64,000 bases of DNA from an uncultured bacterium (lineage in GTDB: Bacteria > Oederibacteriota > Oederibacteriia > Oederibacteriales > Oederibacteriaceae), in assembly GCA_965112635.1 (NCBI GenBank), contig OZ218778.1:2336001-2400000 (forward strand), written 5' to 3'. The position numbers and the translations under genes were made by a program. The notes beneath the pieces were generated by a model. The model saw only the letters and a program-made list of their open reading frames with translations. It was not told the DNA's origin and did not search any database. Shown here piece by piece: positions 1 to 9,872 of the stretch. Numbering within the stretch: position 1 is the stretch's first letter; every line of letters starts with the position of its first letter.

Positions 1-403
1 GAGCATTTTCTGAATCCGAAAAGTATGAGTTGATCGTTGGGCCGCTGCTGGTTGTTAGGGGGATATTATCCGAACCTAGTCTTATATAACTTATCGCATA
101 GGTCCCAAAATCTTCAAATGTTTGGGCGTAGTTAATAAAATCATAATTCTGAAGTTCATTTGGATTTAAATGAATACCGGTCACTTCGATATTGTCGATA
201 AACGTTAAGCCAGCTGGGTTCCAGTAAGCCGCGCTGGCATCATCCGCTACTGCAACAAAAGCACCACCCATACCTAAAGCTCTGGCCCCTACACCTATGG
301 AAAGGAACTCCCCCGCGTAGTTTGTATTCTGAGCAGATGAAATTGAAATCGTCAGCAAAAGGATTAAATTCAATAACGCCAAAATTCTAATTACTCTTGC
401 CAC
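1..403 (-). CDS. PorV/PorQ-family (UPF0164-like) outer-membrane beta-barrel protein, 5' part; runs off the window edge
   Basis: Not in the ORF track. Manual translation from GTG at 403 (AAGGAGG RBS upstream) gives the signal peptide VARVIRILALLNLILLLTISISSA, then YAGEFLSIGVGARALGMGGAFVAVADDASAAYWNPAGL, the family N-terminal motif. Confidence 0.8.
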   Translation of the reverse strand, partial: MARVIRILALLNLILLLTISISSAQNTNYAGEFLSIGVGARALGMGGAFVAVADDASAAYWNPAGLTFIDNIEVTGIHLNPNELQNYDFINYAQTFEDFGTYAISYIRLGSDNIPLTTSSGPTINSYFSDSENA

Positions 404-487
404 CGTGCCTCCTTATCATAAATGTATATAAAACATATCCCGCACAGATTTCTTTAGCTTGAAATTTCTTTATAATATTTAGGGCTA

Positions 488-516
488 ATTCTAGCTTGCA
501 AATTTGATATTTACAA
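488..516 (-). promoter_or_regulatory. sigma70-type promoter candidate for the PorV-like gene
   Basis: TTGTAA-N17-TAGAAT on the minus strand. Confidence 0.45.
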
Positions 517-603
517 TAGCTGGAGAAAAAAATGTTGTTCTTTTAACTAACCCTGCCCTTCGGCAAAAATTGAGCTTACTTGACACAAAGCCTAGGTTTC
601 TAC

Positions 604-1647
604 TTATGAAATCTTAACTTTATTTTCTCCTTTAATTATCTCGCCAATGACATAACAACGCTCGGTTACATTGAGAGACCTCAGAACCATCTTGACATCT
701 TTTGGGTGCACAATAAGCACCAGTCCAATACCCATATTTAATGTTCTATAAGCTTCTTTATCTGACAACTTCCCCTTCTCCTGAATGAGTTCAAATATCT
801 TGGGTATCTGCCAAGAACCCTTGCGAACATAAGCCTGGCAACCATCCGCCAGAATTCGTGGAATATTCTCCAGCAAACCGCCCCCAGTAATATGTGCCAT
901 TCCATTTATCTGAAAGCGGTCCAACAACGGCAGCACCGATTGGCTGTAGCAGCGATGTGCGGCGAGCAATTCTTCTCCAATGGTCTTGCCCAAACCGCGA
1001 ACAAAGGAATTCGGTTTTAATTTCATCTTGTTGAAGAATATATTCCTGGCCAGCGAGTATCCATTTGTATGGAGCCCTGAAGAAGCCAGGCCAATTAAAA
1101 CATCCCCGGGCTTTATTTTTTTGCCATCAATGATCTTCTTTTTGTCCACTAATCCAACAATAAAACCGGCGAGATCATATTCCTCCTTTTTATATACATC
1201 GGGCATTTCAGCGGTTTCACCACCAATCAAAGCGCACCCGGCCCGACGGCATGCACTTGCCATTCCTTTCACGACTTCTTCAACAATACGAGGCGAGAGT
1301 TTACCTGCTGCAAAATAATCCAAAAAAAACAAGGGCCTGGCACCCTGCACTAAAATGTCATTGATGCAATGATTCACAAGATCTATTCCAATAGTATCGT
1401 GTTGCCTCATGGCAATGGCAACCTTCAACTTTGTCCCAACGCCATCAGCGGACGCAACAAGTACGGGTTCAGAAGATTTAACGCGGCTAATATCAAAAAG
1501 TCCTCCAAATAGCCCTATGTCCGCCAGAACTTCCGGCCCAAAAGTAGTTTGCACATGGGCCCTGATCCTTTTAACCGATTCATTTCCTGCATCAATATTT
1601 ACCCCTGATTGCTTGTATGTAATTTTCTCAGAAATTAATTTTTTCAT
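604..1647 (-). CDS. purM: phosphoribosylformylglycinamidine cyclo-ligase (AIR synthetase)
   Basis: YKQSGVNIDAG, DGVGTK, PLFFLDY, GGETAEMP, SSGLHTNGYSL, HITGGG motifs; pur operon context. Confidence 0.97.
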   Translation of the reverse strand: MKKLISEKITYKQSGVNIDAGNESVKRIRAHVQTTFGPEVLADIGLFGGLFDISRVKSSEPVLVASADGVGTKLKVAIAMRQHDTIGIDLVNHCINDILVQGARPLFFLDYFAAGKLSPRIVEEVVKGMASACRRAGCALIGGETAEMPDVYKKEEYDLAGFIVGLVDKKKIIDGKKIKPGDVLIGLASSGLHTNGYSLARNIFFNKMKLKPNSFVRGLGKTIGEELLAAHRCYSQSVLPLLDRFQINGMAHITGGGLLENIPRILADGCQAYVRKGSWQIPKIFELIQEKGKLSDKEAYRTLNMGIGLVLIVHPKDVKMVLRSLNVTERCYVIGEIIKGENKVKIS

Positions 1648-3039
1648 TCAGCACTTCCTCTCCAATTTCTCCTTAGAAGGCTCTTCAGTAAAATGCACTG
1701 GATAGACACCATCAAAGCAGGCCTTACAAAAACTTGAAGAGGCCTTTGCGGAGGCCATCATCATTCCTTCTATGCTCAAATAACCTATACTATCAACACG
1801 CAGATATCTGGCAATTTCATCCAGAGTATGAGTGGCGGCTATTAATTCTTTGCGTGTCGGGAAATCCATGCCATAGAAGCATGGATACATGATGGGAGGT
1901 GAACTCAGCCTCAAATGTATTTCTTTGGCCCCTGATTCCCTGAGCATCTTCGTGATCTTTCTCTGGGTTGTGCCTCTCACTACAGAATCGTCAACCACTA
2001 TAACCCTTTTCCCTTTTAGTAAAGACCTCACCGGATTATATTTAACCTTGGCCCCGAAATCCCGAATGCTCTGGCTTGGTTCTATAAACGTACGCCCCAC
2101 ATAATGGTTCCGGATGAGAGCTATTTCATAGGGGATCTTCGATTCTTCGGCATACCCTAGGGCAGCAGTATTGGAGGAGTCAGGGACTGGCACCACCAAA
2201 TCTGCAGAGATAGGGTGTTCTCTGGCCAGCATCCTGCCCAATTGTTTTCGGATACTTTCCACGTCATGGTTATAAATAATACTGTCCGGCCTGGAAAAAT
2301 AAATGAACTCAAAAATGCATGGGGTAGGGACTGTTTGAGCAAAAGGTTTGATGGATTTTAAACCGCGCTCGTTAATGATAACAATCTCGCCAGGCTCAAT
2401 ATCCCGGATATAGGTCGCATCCACAATATCAAAAGCACAACTTTCCGAAGCAACTACATAAGCATCTCCCAGCCGCCCTAGGCACAGAGGTCTGAAACCG
2501 TTCGGATCTCTGACCGCAATCAACTCTTTTTGCGTCATGACAAGTAAGGAATAGGCGCCTTTGACCTTTTTCAATGCGTCGATAACGGTATCAAGGAAAG
2601 AAATTTCCCCAGAACGAACGATCAAATGAACTATCACTTCGCTATCGCAAGACGATTGAAAGATGGAGCCATAGGCTTCCAGCTCATCTTTGATCAAGGC
2701 GGCATTAACCAAGTTGCCGTTATGGGCCACAGCTAAAGAGCCCCGGCCATATTCCACATGAATAGGCTGCGCGTTCTTCAACTCAGAAGAACCCGTGGTA
2801 GAGTACCGCACGTGTCCTATGGCCAAATGACCGGGCAGGCTGTCTAATATCCTTTCATTAAACACATCAGCGACCACGCCCATTTGCTTATAAGTAAGCA
2901 AATTGGAGCCATCCGCCGCACTAATCCCTGCGCTTTCTGCCCCGCGATGCTGTAAGGCATAAAGACCCAAATAAGTTATTTTCGCAGCTTCTGGATGATT
3001 ATAGACACCAAATACACCGCAATATTCTTTTAAGTCCAC
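1648..3039 (-). CDS. purF: amidophosphoribosyltransferase (Fe-S type)
   Basis: Short propeptide then CGVFG; LQHRG, GHVRYST, HNGNL, VVDDSVVRGTT; Fe-S cysteines in PCIFE, PCFYG, FCKACF. Confidence 0.97.
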   Translation of the reverse strand: MDLKEYCGVFGVYNHPEAAKITYLGLYALQHRGAESAGISAADGSNLLTYKQMGVVADVFNERILDSLPGHLAIGHVRYSTTGSSELKNAQPIHVEYGRGSLAVAHNGNLVNAALIKDELEAYGSIFQSSCDSEVIVHLIVRSGEISFLDTVIDALKKVKGAYSLLVMTQKELIAVRDPNGFRPLCLGRLGDAYVVASESCAFDIVDATYIRDIEPGEIVIINERGLKSIKPFAQTVPTPCIFEFIYFSRPDSIIYNHDVESIRKQLGRMLAREHPISADLVVPVPDSSNTAALGYAEESKIPYEIALIRNHYVGRTFIEPSQSIRDFGAKVKYNPVRSLLKGKRVIVVDDSVVRGTTQRKITKMLRESGAKEIHLRLSSPPIMYPCFYGMDFPTRKELIAATHTLDEIARYLRVDSIGYLSIEGMMMASAKASSSFCKACFDGVYPVHFTEEPSKEKLERKC

Positions 3040-3064
3040 CGATTATCCTCCCCTTTTATGCTAA

Positions 3065-3874
3065 TCATCCGTTTTTTAGTTTTTTGGAAGCATACGCAAT
3101 AGCTGCCCGGAAAAAAGATAAACCTTGTCCTTCTGAACCGCCCGTTTTGTCCATTCTGGTCCATCGCGGGTGATTATAAAAGCTCCAAAAACGTTCGGGG
3201 TGTGGCATCATACCCATGACATTGCCCTTGGCATTGCAAATAGCTGCGATATGACCAACAGAACCGTTTGGATTCCAGGGGTAAGAACCGAATTGGCCAT
3301 TTTCTTTAATATATTGGAAAACAACCTGTTTGTTACTGATAATTTTGTCCAAAGTTTTCTTTCCATCCACCATGAATTTTCCCTCGCCATGGGCGATAGG
3401 TAGATAAAAACGTTCGGGCAGATTTTCTACAAAAACACAACAGGAATAGAGGTTTGTTTTAAGGTAGATCCATCGGTCATCAAACCTGCCAGAATTGTTA
3501 AAAGTCAGAGTTGCCACCTGTCTTTCATCAGACAGGCTAAACCCAGGCAAAAATCCAGACTTAATAAGAACTTGAAAACCATTACAAATTCCTATAACTA
3601 AACGGCCTTGTCCAATATATCGCTCGAGTTCTGCCTTCAATTTATATTTCAATTCATTGGCAAATATTTTGCCAGCTCCAATATCATCGCCATAGGAAAA
3701 TCCACCTGGTATGACAACTAAAGAATAGGGATCCAGAATATCTTTGTTTTTTACGAGGGTATTTACAGCTAACAAACTAGGTTCAGCGCCTGTCAGCTCG
3801 AGCGCATGCACTGTTTCTTTGTCGCAATTAATCCCAGCTACTCTGAGCACCGCTGCTTTAATTTTTTTCGACAT
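3065..3874 (-). CDS. purQ: FGAM synthase glutaminase subunit
   Basis: GINCD, PGGFSYGD, GICNGFQ, AHGEG, MPHPER. Confidence 0.96.
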   Translation of the reverse strand: MSKKIKAAVLRVAGINCDKETVHALELTGAEPSLLAVNTLVKNKDILDPYSLVVIPGGFSYGDDIGAGKIFANELKYKLKAELERYIGQGRLVIGICNGFQVLIKSGFLPGFSLSDERQVATLTFNNSGRFDDRWIYLKTNLYSCCVFVENLPERFYLPIAHGEGKFMVDGKKTLDKIISNKQVVFQYIKENGQFGSYPWNPNGSVGHIAAICNAKGNVMGMMPHPERFWSFYNHPRWTRMDKTGGSEGQGLSFFRAAIAYASKKLKNG

Positions 3875-3907
3875 TACTCTTTTTTCCTTCCGAATACAAC
3901 AAACTCA

Positions 3908-6262
3908 CTAAAAGTTTAGCGTCTTTTTCCAGGCAGTTTTTAAATTAGCTATATTCTCTCTGATAATCACTTTTTTATTGAATCCCCGAACAACAAATAA
4001 ATCACTTTTATTCACTTTACCAATCAGACTGAACGGCACTTTCTTGAAAAATTGATTGAATTTCTTTTGCATCCGAGGCTCTATTTCAACGAGAAAACGG
4101 CTGTTGCTCTCGGAAAATAAAATATAATCATCACGCAATTCACCACTATATGGCACTTTCCTCAAGTCTATTTCAATCCCCGCCCCCCCTGCAAAGGCCA
4201 TTTCTGCAGCAGCAATTCCTAATCCGCCTTCGGAACAGTCATGGCAGGCTACTATTAGACCGCTCTTGATGGCTGAGTGGATCGCTTTAAATTCTTCCTT
4301 CGCCATGTTCGGGTCAACAAAGGGAACCCTGGGACTTGATGCTTTTAATAAATCAAAGTAACAAGATCCGCCCAATTCATTTCTGGTCATTCCAATAAGG
4401 TAAATAAAATCGCCCGGATTTTTTAGATCCATAGAAACGACCTTCCTTCGATCCGGGATGACCGAAATTGAAGAAATTAATAATATTGGCGGGATAGCCC
4501 CAGCTTGACTTTCATTATTTAGGCTGTCCTTTCCCGAAATAAAAGGGGTTTCAAGCACTTTTGCCATATCATAACAAGCTTGGGCGGCTAGAACGAGGCC
4601 ACCTAGTTGGTCCTTTTTATCCGGATTACCCCAGCAAAAATTATCGAGCAATGCCGTTCTTTGGGGGTCCCCTCCGACGCATACCACATTGCGCATGGCT
4701 TCATCAATGGCTGAAGAGGCCATGGCATAAGGGTCGATCTTTCCAAACTTACAGTTGATGCCACAACCTACCACAATCGCTTTAGATGAATTTAAAACAG
4801 GCTGAACAACACAAGCATCACCAGGTCCGTCATTGTTGACTCCCACTAAAGGTTTCAGGATACTCCCTCCTTGAACCTCATGGTCGTACTGTCTAACAAT
4901 CCACTCCTTGCTCGCAATATTATGGTCTTGCAAAAGCCTTATCAAAATCTTTCCTAAGTTAGCGGGCTCATCGGGATTTGATTCCGGGATGAATGGTTCT
5001 ACCCAATTGGTCGTTTTGGTTTGGCGAGGGCAGCCATCGTGTAAAAAGTCCATAGAAAGGTCACCGATTTTTGCGCCTGAATAATAAAGGCGGAGGCGTC
5101 GAGATCTGGTAAATACCCCAATCGCTGTTGCTTCAACATTTTCAAAATCAAATATTTCTTTCAGTCGGGCAAATTTTTGAGGGGGGACTGCCAGGACCAT
5201 TCTTTCTTGGGCTTCCGAGACCCAGATTTCCCACGGCAATAGTCCCTTATATTTAAGTGGGGCTTTTTCCAAATGAACCTCAGCTCCAGTCAGAGCACCC
5301 ATCTCACCGACAGCGGAAGAAAGACCTCCGGCCCCGCAATCGGTGACAGCATTAAATAAATTAAGGTCTCTGGCCAGGATTAAGGCGTCTAAAACTTTTT
5401 TTTCTTCAATAGCATTACCAATCTGCACCACGCTTCCTTCTGTCTTCTCTTTCAATCCTATTGAGGAAAAAGTAGCCCCATGAATGCCGTCTCTGCCTGT
5501 CCTGCCTCCCACAACGACCACGAGATCATTCGTCTTTGCCCTTTTAAAGGCTTTGCCTTTGGGGATCACGCCGACGGTCCCACAGAAAACTAGAGGATTC
5601 CCTAAAAAGCCATCGTCAAAACAGACCGCCCCATTAACGGTCGGAATCCCCATTCTATTTCCGTAATCACGAACCCCACTTACAACTCCCTTCATAATAC
5701 GTAAGGGATGAAGAATGTTTTTTGGGATCGACGAAGAAGGAAAATCGGGCCTGGCAAAACAGAATACATCGGTATTCATGACAGGTTTTGCGCCAAGACC
5801 AACTCCCAAAATATCCCGGATCACGCCCCCCAGACCTGTATTGGCCCCTCCATAAGGCTCAATGGCCGACGGATGGTTATGCGTCTCAACCTTAAAAGCA
5901 ACATGATGGCTCTTATCTAAAGTGATAATTCCTGCATTGTCCTTAAATACAGAAATACACCACGGCTTGTTGAGTTCCCTGGTAACCCGCGCGATAGTTT
6001 TTTTAAACATATTGTCGATGACTGTATGCCCAAATCGAATATACCCTTTAAAAGTTTTATGAATACAGTGCTCTGACCAAGTCTGGGCTAATGTTTCAAG
6101 TTCTATATCGTTGGGCTCTCTCTTTTCTCTGGAAAAATATTTTTGGATTTCCCGCATTTCAGATAAATTGAGGGAAAGGCTTCCTTTGTCGCTTAATTTC
6201 AAAAGTCCCTCAGAACTTAATGGTCTTAAGAGGACCTTCTTGCAACGCACACGGTTTGCCAT
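3908..6262 (-). CDS. purL: FGAM synthase synthetase subunit (small-type PurL)
   Basis: WSEHC, KVETHNHPSAIEP, GRDGIHGATFSS, DCGAGG, SEAQERM, QYDHEV, SGKDSL. Confidence 0.96.
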   Translation of the reverse strand: MANRVRCKKVLLRPLSSEGLLKLSDKGSLSLNLSEMREIQKYFSREKREPNDIELETLAQTWSEHCIHKTFKGYIRFGHTVIDNMFKKTIARVTRELNKPWCISVFKDNAGIITLDKSHHVAFKVETHNHPSAIEPYGGANTGLGGVIRDILGVGLGAKPVMNTDVFCFARPDFPSSSIPKNILHPLRIMKGVVSGVRDYGNRMGIPTVNGAVCFDDGFLGNPLVFCGTVGVIPKGKAFKRAKTNDLVVVVGGRTGRDGIHGATFSSIGLKEKTEGSVVQIGNAIEEKKVLDALILARDLNLFNAVTDCGAGGLSSAVGEMGALTGAEVHLEKAPLKYKGLLPWEIWVSEAQERMVLAVPPQKFARLKEIFDFENVEATAIGVFTRSRRLRLYYSGAKIGDLSMDFLHDGCPRQTKTTNWVEPFIPESNPDEPANLGKILIRLLQDHNIASKEWIVRQYDHEVQGGSILKPLVGVNNDGPGDACVVQPVLNSSKAIVVGCGINCKFGKIDPYAMASSAIDEAMRNVVCVGGDPQRTALLDNFCWGNPDKKDQLGGLVLAAQACYDMAKVLETPFISGKDSLNNESQAGAIPPILLISSISVIPDRRKVVSMDLKNPGDFIYLIGMTRNELGGSCYFDLLKASSPRVPFVDPNMAKEEFKAIHSAIKSGLIVACHDCSEGGLGIAAAEMAFAGGAGIEIDLRKVPYSGELRDDYILFSESNSRFLVEIEPRMQKKFNQFFKKVPFSLIGKVNKSDLFVVRGFNKKVIIRENIANLKTAWKKTLNF

Positions 6263-6270
6263 AGGACTTC

Positions 6271-6732
6271 TTAATGATCTCCTTTTATGATTTTTACGGA
6301 ATGAATCAAACTGTTAGACAACAACTCGTGCGCTATAATTTTTGTGGTTATAAGGCTTGAGATTCCTTCGAGAATATACTTACTTCCGGTTCTTACCTCT
6401 GAAAGAGTAAAGATGCCCATATCTCGAGCTGCTTTTAAGACGCTCTCGCCTACTACATCGGTCACCCCTGGCTTGAACCAAACTTCTACGGCAGAAGAAC
6501 CCCGGGGCACAGGAACATGATGGTCGGAGTAATTTTGATTAACTCGGTCTGTTAACAAATCTTCACAGAATAGCTTCAGATGGGATGGACTCAAATTGCC
6601 TTTTATTTGATATAGCTGTACGAATCTAACGTGATGGACTGTAGTCCCCATCTCATGAATGCTCTTCTTAATTCCATCTCCTAATGGATCCCTTACTTTG
6701 TGATTATACGCAACCTCGATAGTCTTTATCAA
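6271..6732 (-). CDS. purS: FGAM synthase PurS-like subunit with two tandem PurS-like repeats
   Basis: Two repeats (VAYNHKVRDPLG... and VWFKPGVTDVVGES...); lies between purB and purL; likely TTG start at 6732 behind AAAGGA (ORF track extends to 6768). Confidence 0.75.
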   Translation of the reverse strand: MIKTIEVAYNHKVRDPLGDGIKKSIHEMGTTVHHVRFVQLYQIKGNLSPSHLKLFCEDLLTDRVNQNYSDHHVPVPRGSSAVEVWFKPGVTDVVGESVLKAARDMGIFTLSEVRTGSKYILEGISSLITTKIIAHELLSNSLIHSVKIIKGDH

Positions 6733-6745
6733 AATTCGTCCTTTG

Positions 6746-8053
6746 TTATTTTTTTTCAATAGCTGCACGCTTAAATATTTTAGGTAAATTCTTCAAATAA
6801 GCATTGGCATCGAAACAACCTTCGATATTGGCCTTTTCAAGATATTGGCAAATCATTGGGTCATTTTCGGCCAAAATCTTTAGGGGCCGCTTTTTTTCCC
6901 AAGCCTCCATAGCAAGAGATTGGGCAAGGCGGTAAGCCTTCTCTTTGTGCATCCCTGCTTTAGTCAACGCCAGCATCAACCGCTGGGCGAAAATCGCCCC
7001 GTAAGTTTTCTCGATATTCTCGGCCATATGGTCAGGATATATGGTCAATTTATCGAACATGCGAGTAAATGTATTCAGCATATAATCACATAGGATCAAA
7101 CTGTCCGGGATTACAATCCTTTCCACGGATGAATTGGTCAGGTCTCTTTCGTGCCAAAGGGAAATGTTCTCAAGGGACGTCAGGGCGTACCCTCTCATAA
7201 CCCGCGCCAGGCCTGATATTTGTTCGCTGATGATAGGATTACGCTTGTGGGGCATAGCGGAAGAACCTTTTTGGGATGCAGAAAAATACTCTTCAAGCTC
7301 TAGAATTTCGGTGCGCTGCAAATTGCGTATTTCAGTGGAAAACTTCTCCAATGAGCTAGCGATAAGAGCAAGAGTTACAACAAGCTGTGCGTGTCTATCT
7401 CTTTGCAATATTTGGGTAGAAACCACAGCGGGCTTTAACCCCAAAGCCGAGCATACCTTACTTTCTATTGCCGGTGAAATGTTCGCAAAAGTACCAACTG
7501 CCCCAGAAAGTTTTCCCACAGCAATCATTTCTCTAGCCTGCTTGATTCGCTGAAGGTTACGCTTAATTTCCTCATGCCAAACAAGAAATTTAAATCCAAG
7601 GGTGATCGGCTCTGCGTGAACGCCATGGGTCCGGCCAATCATGATTGTATTTTTGTAATTTTTAATCTTAGTCTTTACAGCACCAAGCAATCTTTTGAGA
7701 TCATCGGTGATAATATCGCAAGCTTTGACCAAGCGCCACGAAAGAGCTGTATCCTCAACATCATAAGATGTTAACCCCCGATGCAGGTACCGCGCCTCTG
7801 GCCCAACGGATTCGCCCACAGCCTCCAGAAAAGCATTTAGGTCGTGTTTAACAAGTTTTTCAAGTTCCTCAATACGGCTGACAGAATACTTTGCTTTTGA
7901 CTTGATCTTATTAAATGCTTGTTTAGGTACTTCCCCACGCCTGGCTTGTTCTTCACATACCAATAATTCAACTTTTAACCAAGAGTCGAATTTTGCTTCT
8001 TCCGAAAAAAGTGCGGCCATCTCTGGTAAAGAATAACGTCGTATCATAGGCAT
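6746..8053 (-). CDS. purB: adenylosuccinate lyase
   Basis: MIRRYS, GRTHGVHAEP, GSSAMPHKRNP signature, WHERD. Confidence 0.97.
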   Translation of the reverse strand: MPMIRRYSLPEMAALFSEEAKFDSWLKVELLVCEEQARRGEVPKQAFNKIKSKAKYSVSRIEELEKLVKHDLNAFLEAVGESVGPEARYLHRGLTSYDVEDTALSWRLVKACDIITDDLKRLLGAVKTKIKNYKNTIMIGRTHGVHAEPITLGFKFLVWHEEIKRNLQRIKQAREMIAVGKLSGAVGTFANISPAIESKVCSALGLKPAVVSTQILQRDRHAQLVVTLALIASSLEKFSTEIRNLQRTEILELEEYFSASQKGSSAMPHKRNPIISEQISGLARVMRGYALTSLENISLWHERDLTNSSVERIVIPDSLILCDYMLNTFTRMFDKLTIYPDHMAENIEKTYGAIFAQRLMLALTKAGMHKEKAYRLAQSLAMEAWEKKRPLKILAENDPMICQYLEKANIEGCFDANAYLKNLPKIFKRAAIEKK

Positions 8054-8114
8054 CCCCTTTCTATAGATCTAAAACAGCCATCACATATTCCACAAACAAT
8101 TTTTCACGGACTTT

Positions 8115-8915
8115 TCATCGTGGCCACGGCTCCCTTTTTTTGTATTCTTCCAAAATTTCCTTTAATTGTGGCATGGCCGCCACGGCAGCTTGCTCTCCCG
8201 CCTCAATAAGAACCTTTGCCTTCTTGAAATTATAAGGTTCAGCGTCCGTTATTTTGGGGCATATCATAATATCAGCGCTCTCCGCTATTGATTTGGACCC
8301 TTGGATCAAAAATAGATGAAGGGTCTGAATAATCAGATCGGGAATAGTATCCAGTTTTTGCGTTTTCTGCACGCAACCTAGAACATTAACCCCCACCACG
8401 ATATCGGCGCCTTTCTCTTGCAATGTCCGTGCGGGAACATTTTCAACAATCCCGCCGTCAGCCAAGATCATCCCTTCATAATGTATCGGTGGAAATATAC
8501 CAGGTATTGACGAACTGGCCAAAACGACCTTGCCCAAAGGCCCTTTCTCTAACACAACCTTGCTGCCTGACTGCAAATCGGTAGCAACGACGTAAAAAGG
8601 AATTTTCATCTCGCTGATATCGCTCTTGCCTGTTGTACTTTCAACAAATCTTGATAAAGGGATTGCATTAAAAAAACCATTATTGGCAATAGAAATATGC
8701 ATCAAGTCTCTAAATTTAATTTTCTTCGTTATTTCCTCAAGCTGAGAAGCCTTGAGCCCGGATGCGTACAACGACCCAATAATAGCACCAGCGCTTGTTC
8801 CTGCCAGCATTGAGATCGGGATTTCTTCTTTTTCGAGGACTTTGATCACTCCCACATGAGCCAAACCGTAAGCTCCACCCCCGCCTAAGGCCAAACCAAT
8901 CTTCGGACGCCGCAT
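8115..8915 (-). CDS. patatin-like phospholipase (RssA/NTE family)
   Basis: LALGGGGAYGLAHVG oxyanion loop, GTSAG nucleophile, DGG motif. Confidence 0.9.
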   Translation of the reverse strand: MRRPKIGLALGGGGAYGLAHVGVIKVLEKEEIPISMLAGTSAGAIIGSLYASGLKASQLEEITKKIKFRDLMHISIANNGFFNAIPLSRFVESTTGKSDISEMKIPFYVVATDLQSGSKVVLEKGPLGKVVLASSSIPGIFPPIHYEGMILADGGIVENVPARTLQEKGADIVVGVNVLGCVQKTQKLDTIPDLIIQTLHLFLIQGSKSIAESADIMICPKITDAEPYNFKKAKVLIEAGEQAAVAAMPQLKEILEEYKKREPWPR

Positions 8916-9003
8916 GACTCAACACCTCATGAACAAACGAGAAATATAATCAATGATTGCTTCTGGAGGGTTTGCTTTATCTTTGTCTCTAATTGCAGAA
9001 ACA

Positions 9004-9825
9004 TTACTTCTTTAAATCAAGGCCCAAATCCGTCACAACCTGCTCCACGATAGTCGAAGAAATGACCTCTTTTTTGATTAAATAACCTTCTAGCAAGCAA
9101 TTGTCACACAGCGTATTGATCAGCCGAGGAATTCCCTTGCTAAACTGATAAATAGTTAGAGCTGCGTCAGGAAGAAAAATTTCCCTAGTGCACCCAACGA
9201 TGGAAAGTCTATGCTTAATATAATTGCCGGTTGAGACAGGGTCCAAAGATTTTAGGGTAAATTTTACGGCGATACGCTGCATAAGGGGGGGGTCCAAAGC
9301 TAGATATTTGTCTAAATCAGGAAGCCCCATCAGGACGACGGAAATAAGCTTGCGTCCAGGGACTTCTAGATTGAGAAGGCCCCTAAACTCTTCAAAGATC
9401 TCTCGGGTCTGCAGCATATTGGCTTCATCGATAATGACCACCGCTTTTTTCCCTTGTTCATAGATCTCCATAAGGCGGTTATAGAGTTGGGTCAATATCG
9501 CACTCTTAGTTTCAGCTGGCTCAGCTACACCAAGTTGCAGCGCTATCTTCCTCAAAAGCCATTCAGCCGATATTTCAGTGTGAACAATAACCAGCAAGGC
9601 TGCCTCATACTCATCCGTCTGTAAACGATCCAGCAGTTTCCGGGCCAATAAAGTCTTGCCTGCGCCCATCTCCCCGACCATCACAACGAGACCCTTCATC
9701 GTCTTAACGCCGTGAAGGATCCTCACAATTGCTTCAGAATGCTGGTCGCTTTCGTAGAAAAAACGACTATCCGCCGCGTTAGAAAAAGGCTGTTCTGTGA
9801 AGCCGTAAAACTTTTCGTAACTCAA
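9004..9825 (-). CDS. ExeA/GspA-family AAA ATPase
   Basis: YEKFYGFTEQPF start, Walker A GEMGAGKT, Walker B IIDEA, SKGIPRLINTLCD. Confidence 0.9.
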   Translation of the reverse strand: MSYEKFYGFTEQPFSNAADSRFFYESDQHSEAIVRILHGVKTMKGLVVMVGEMGAGKTLLARKLLDRLQTDEYEAALLVIVHTEISAEWLLRKIALQLGVAEPAETKSAILTQLYNRLMEIYEQGKKAVVIIDEANMLQTREIFEEFRGLLNLEVPGRKLISVVLMGLPDLDKYLALDPPLMQRIAVKFTLKSLDPVSTGNYIKHRLSIVGCTREIFLPDAALTIYQFSKGIPRLINTLCDNCLLEGYLIKKEVISSTIVEQVVTDLGLDLKK

Positions 9826-9872
9826 AGAGAACCCTCCAACTCTACCGGCCTAATGCACGACACGGTTGATTA

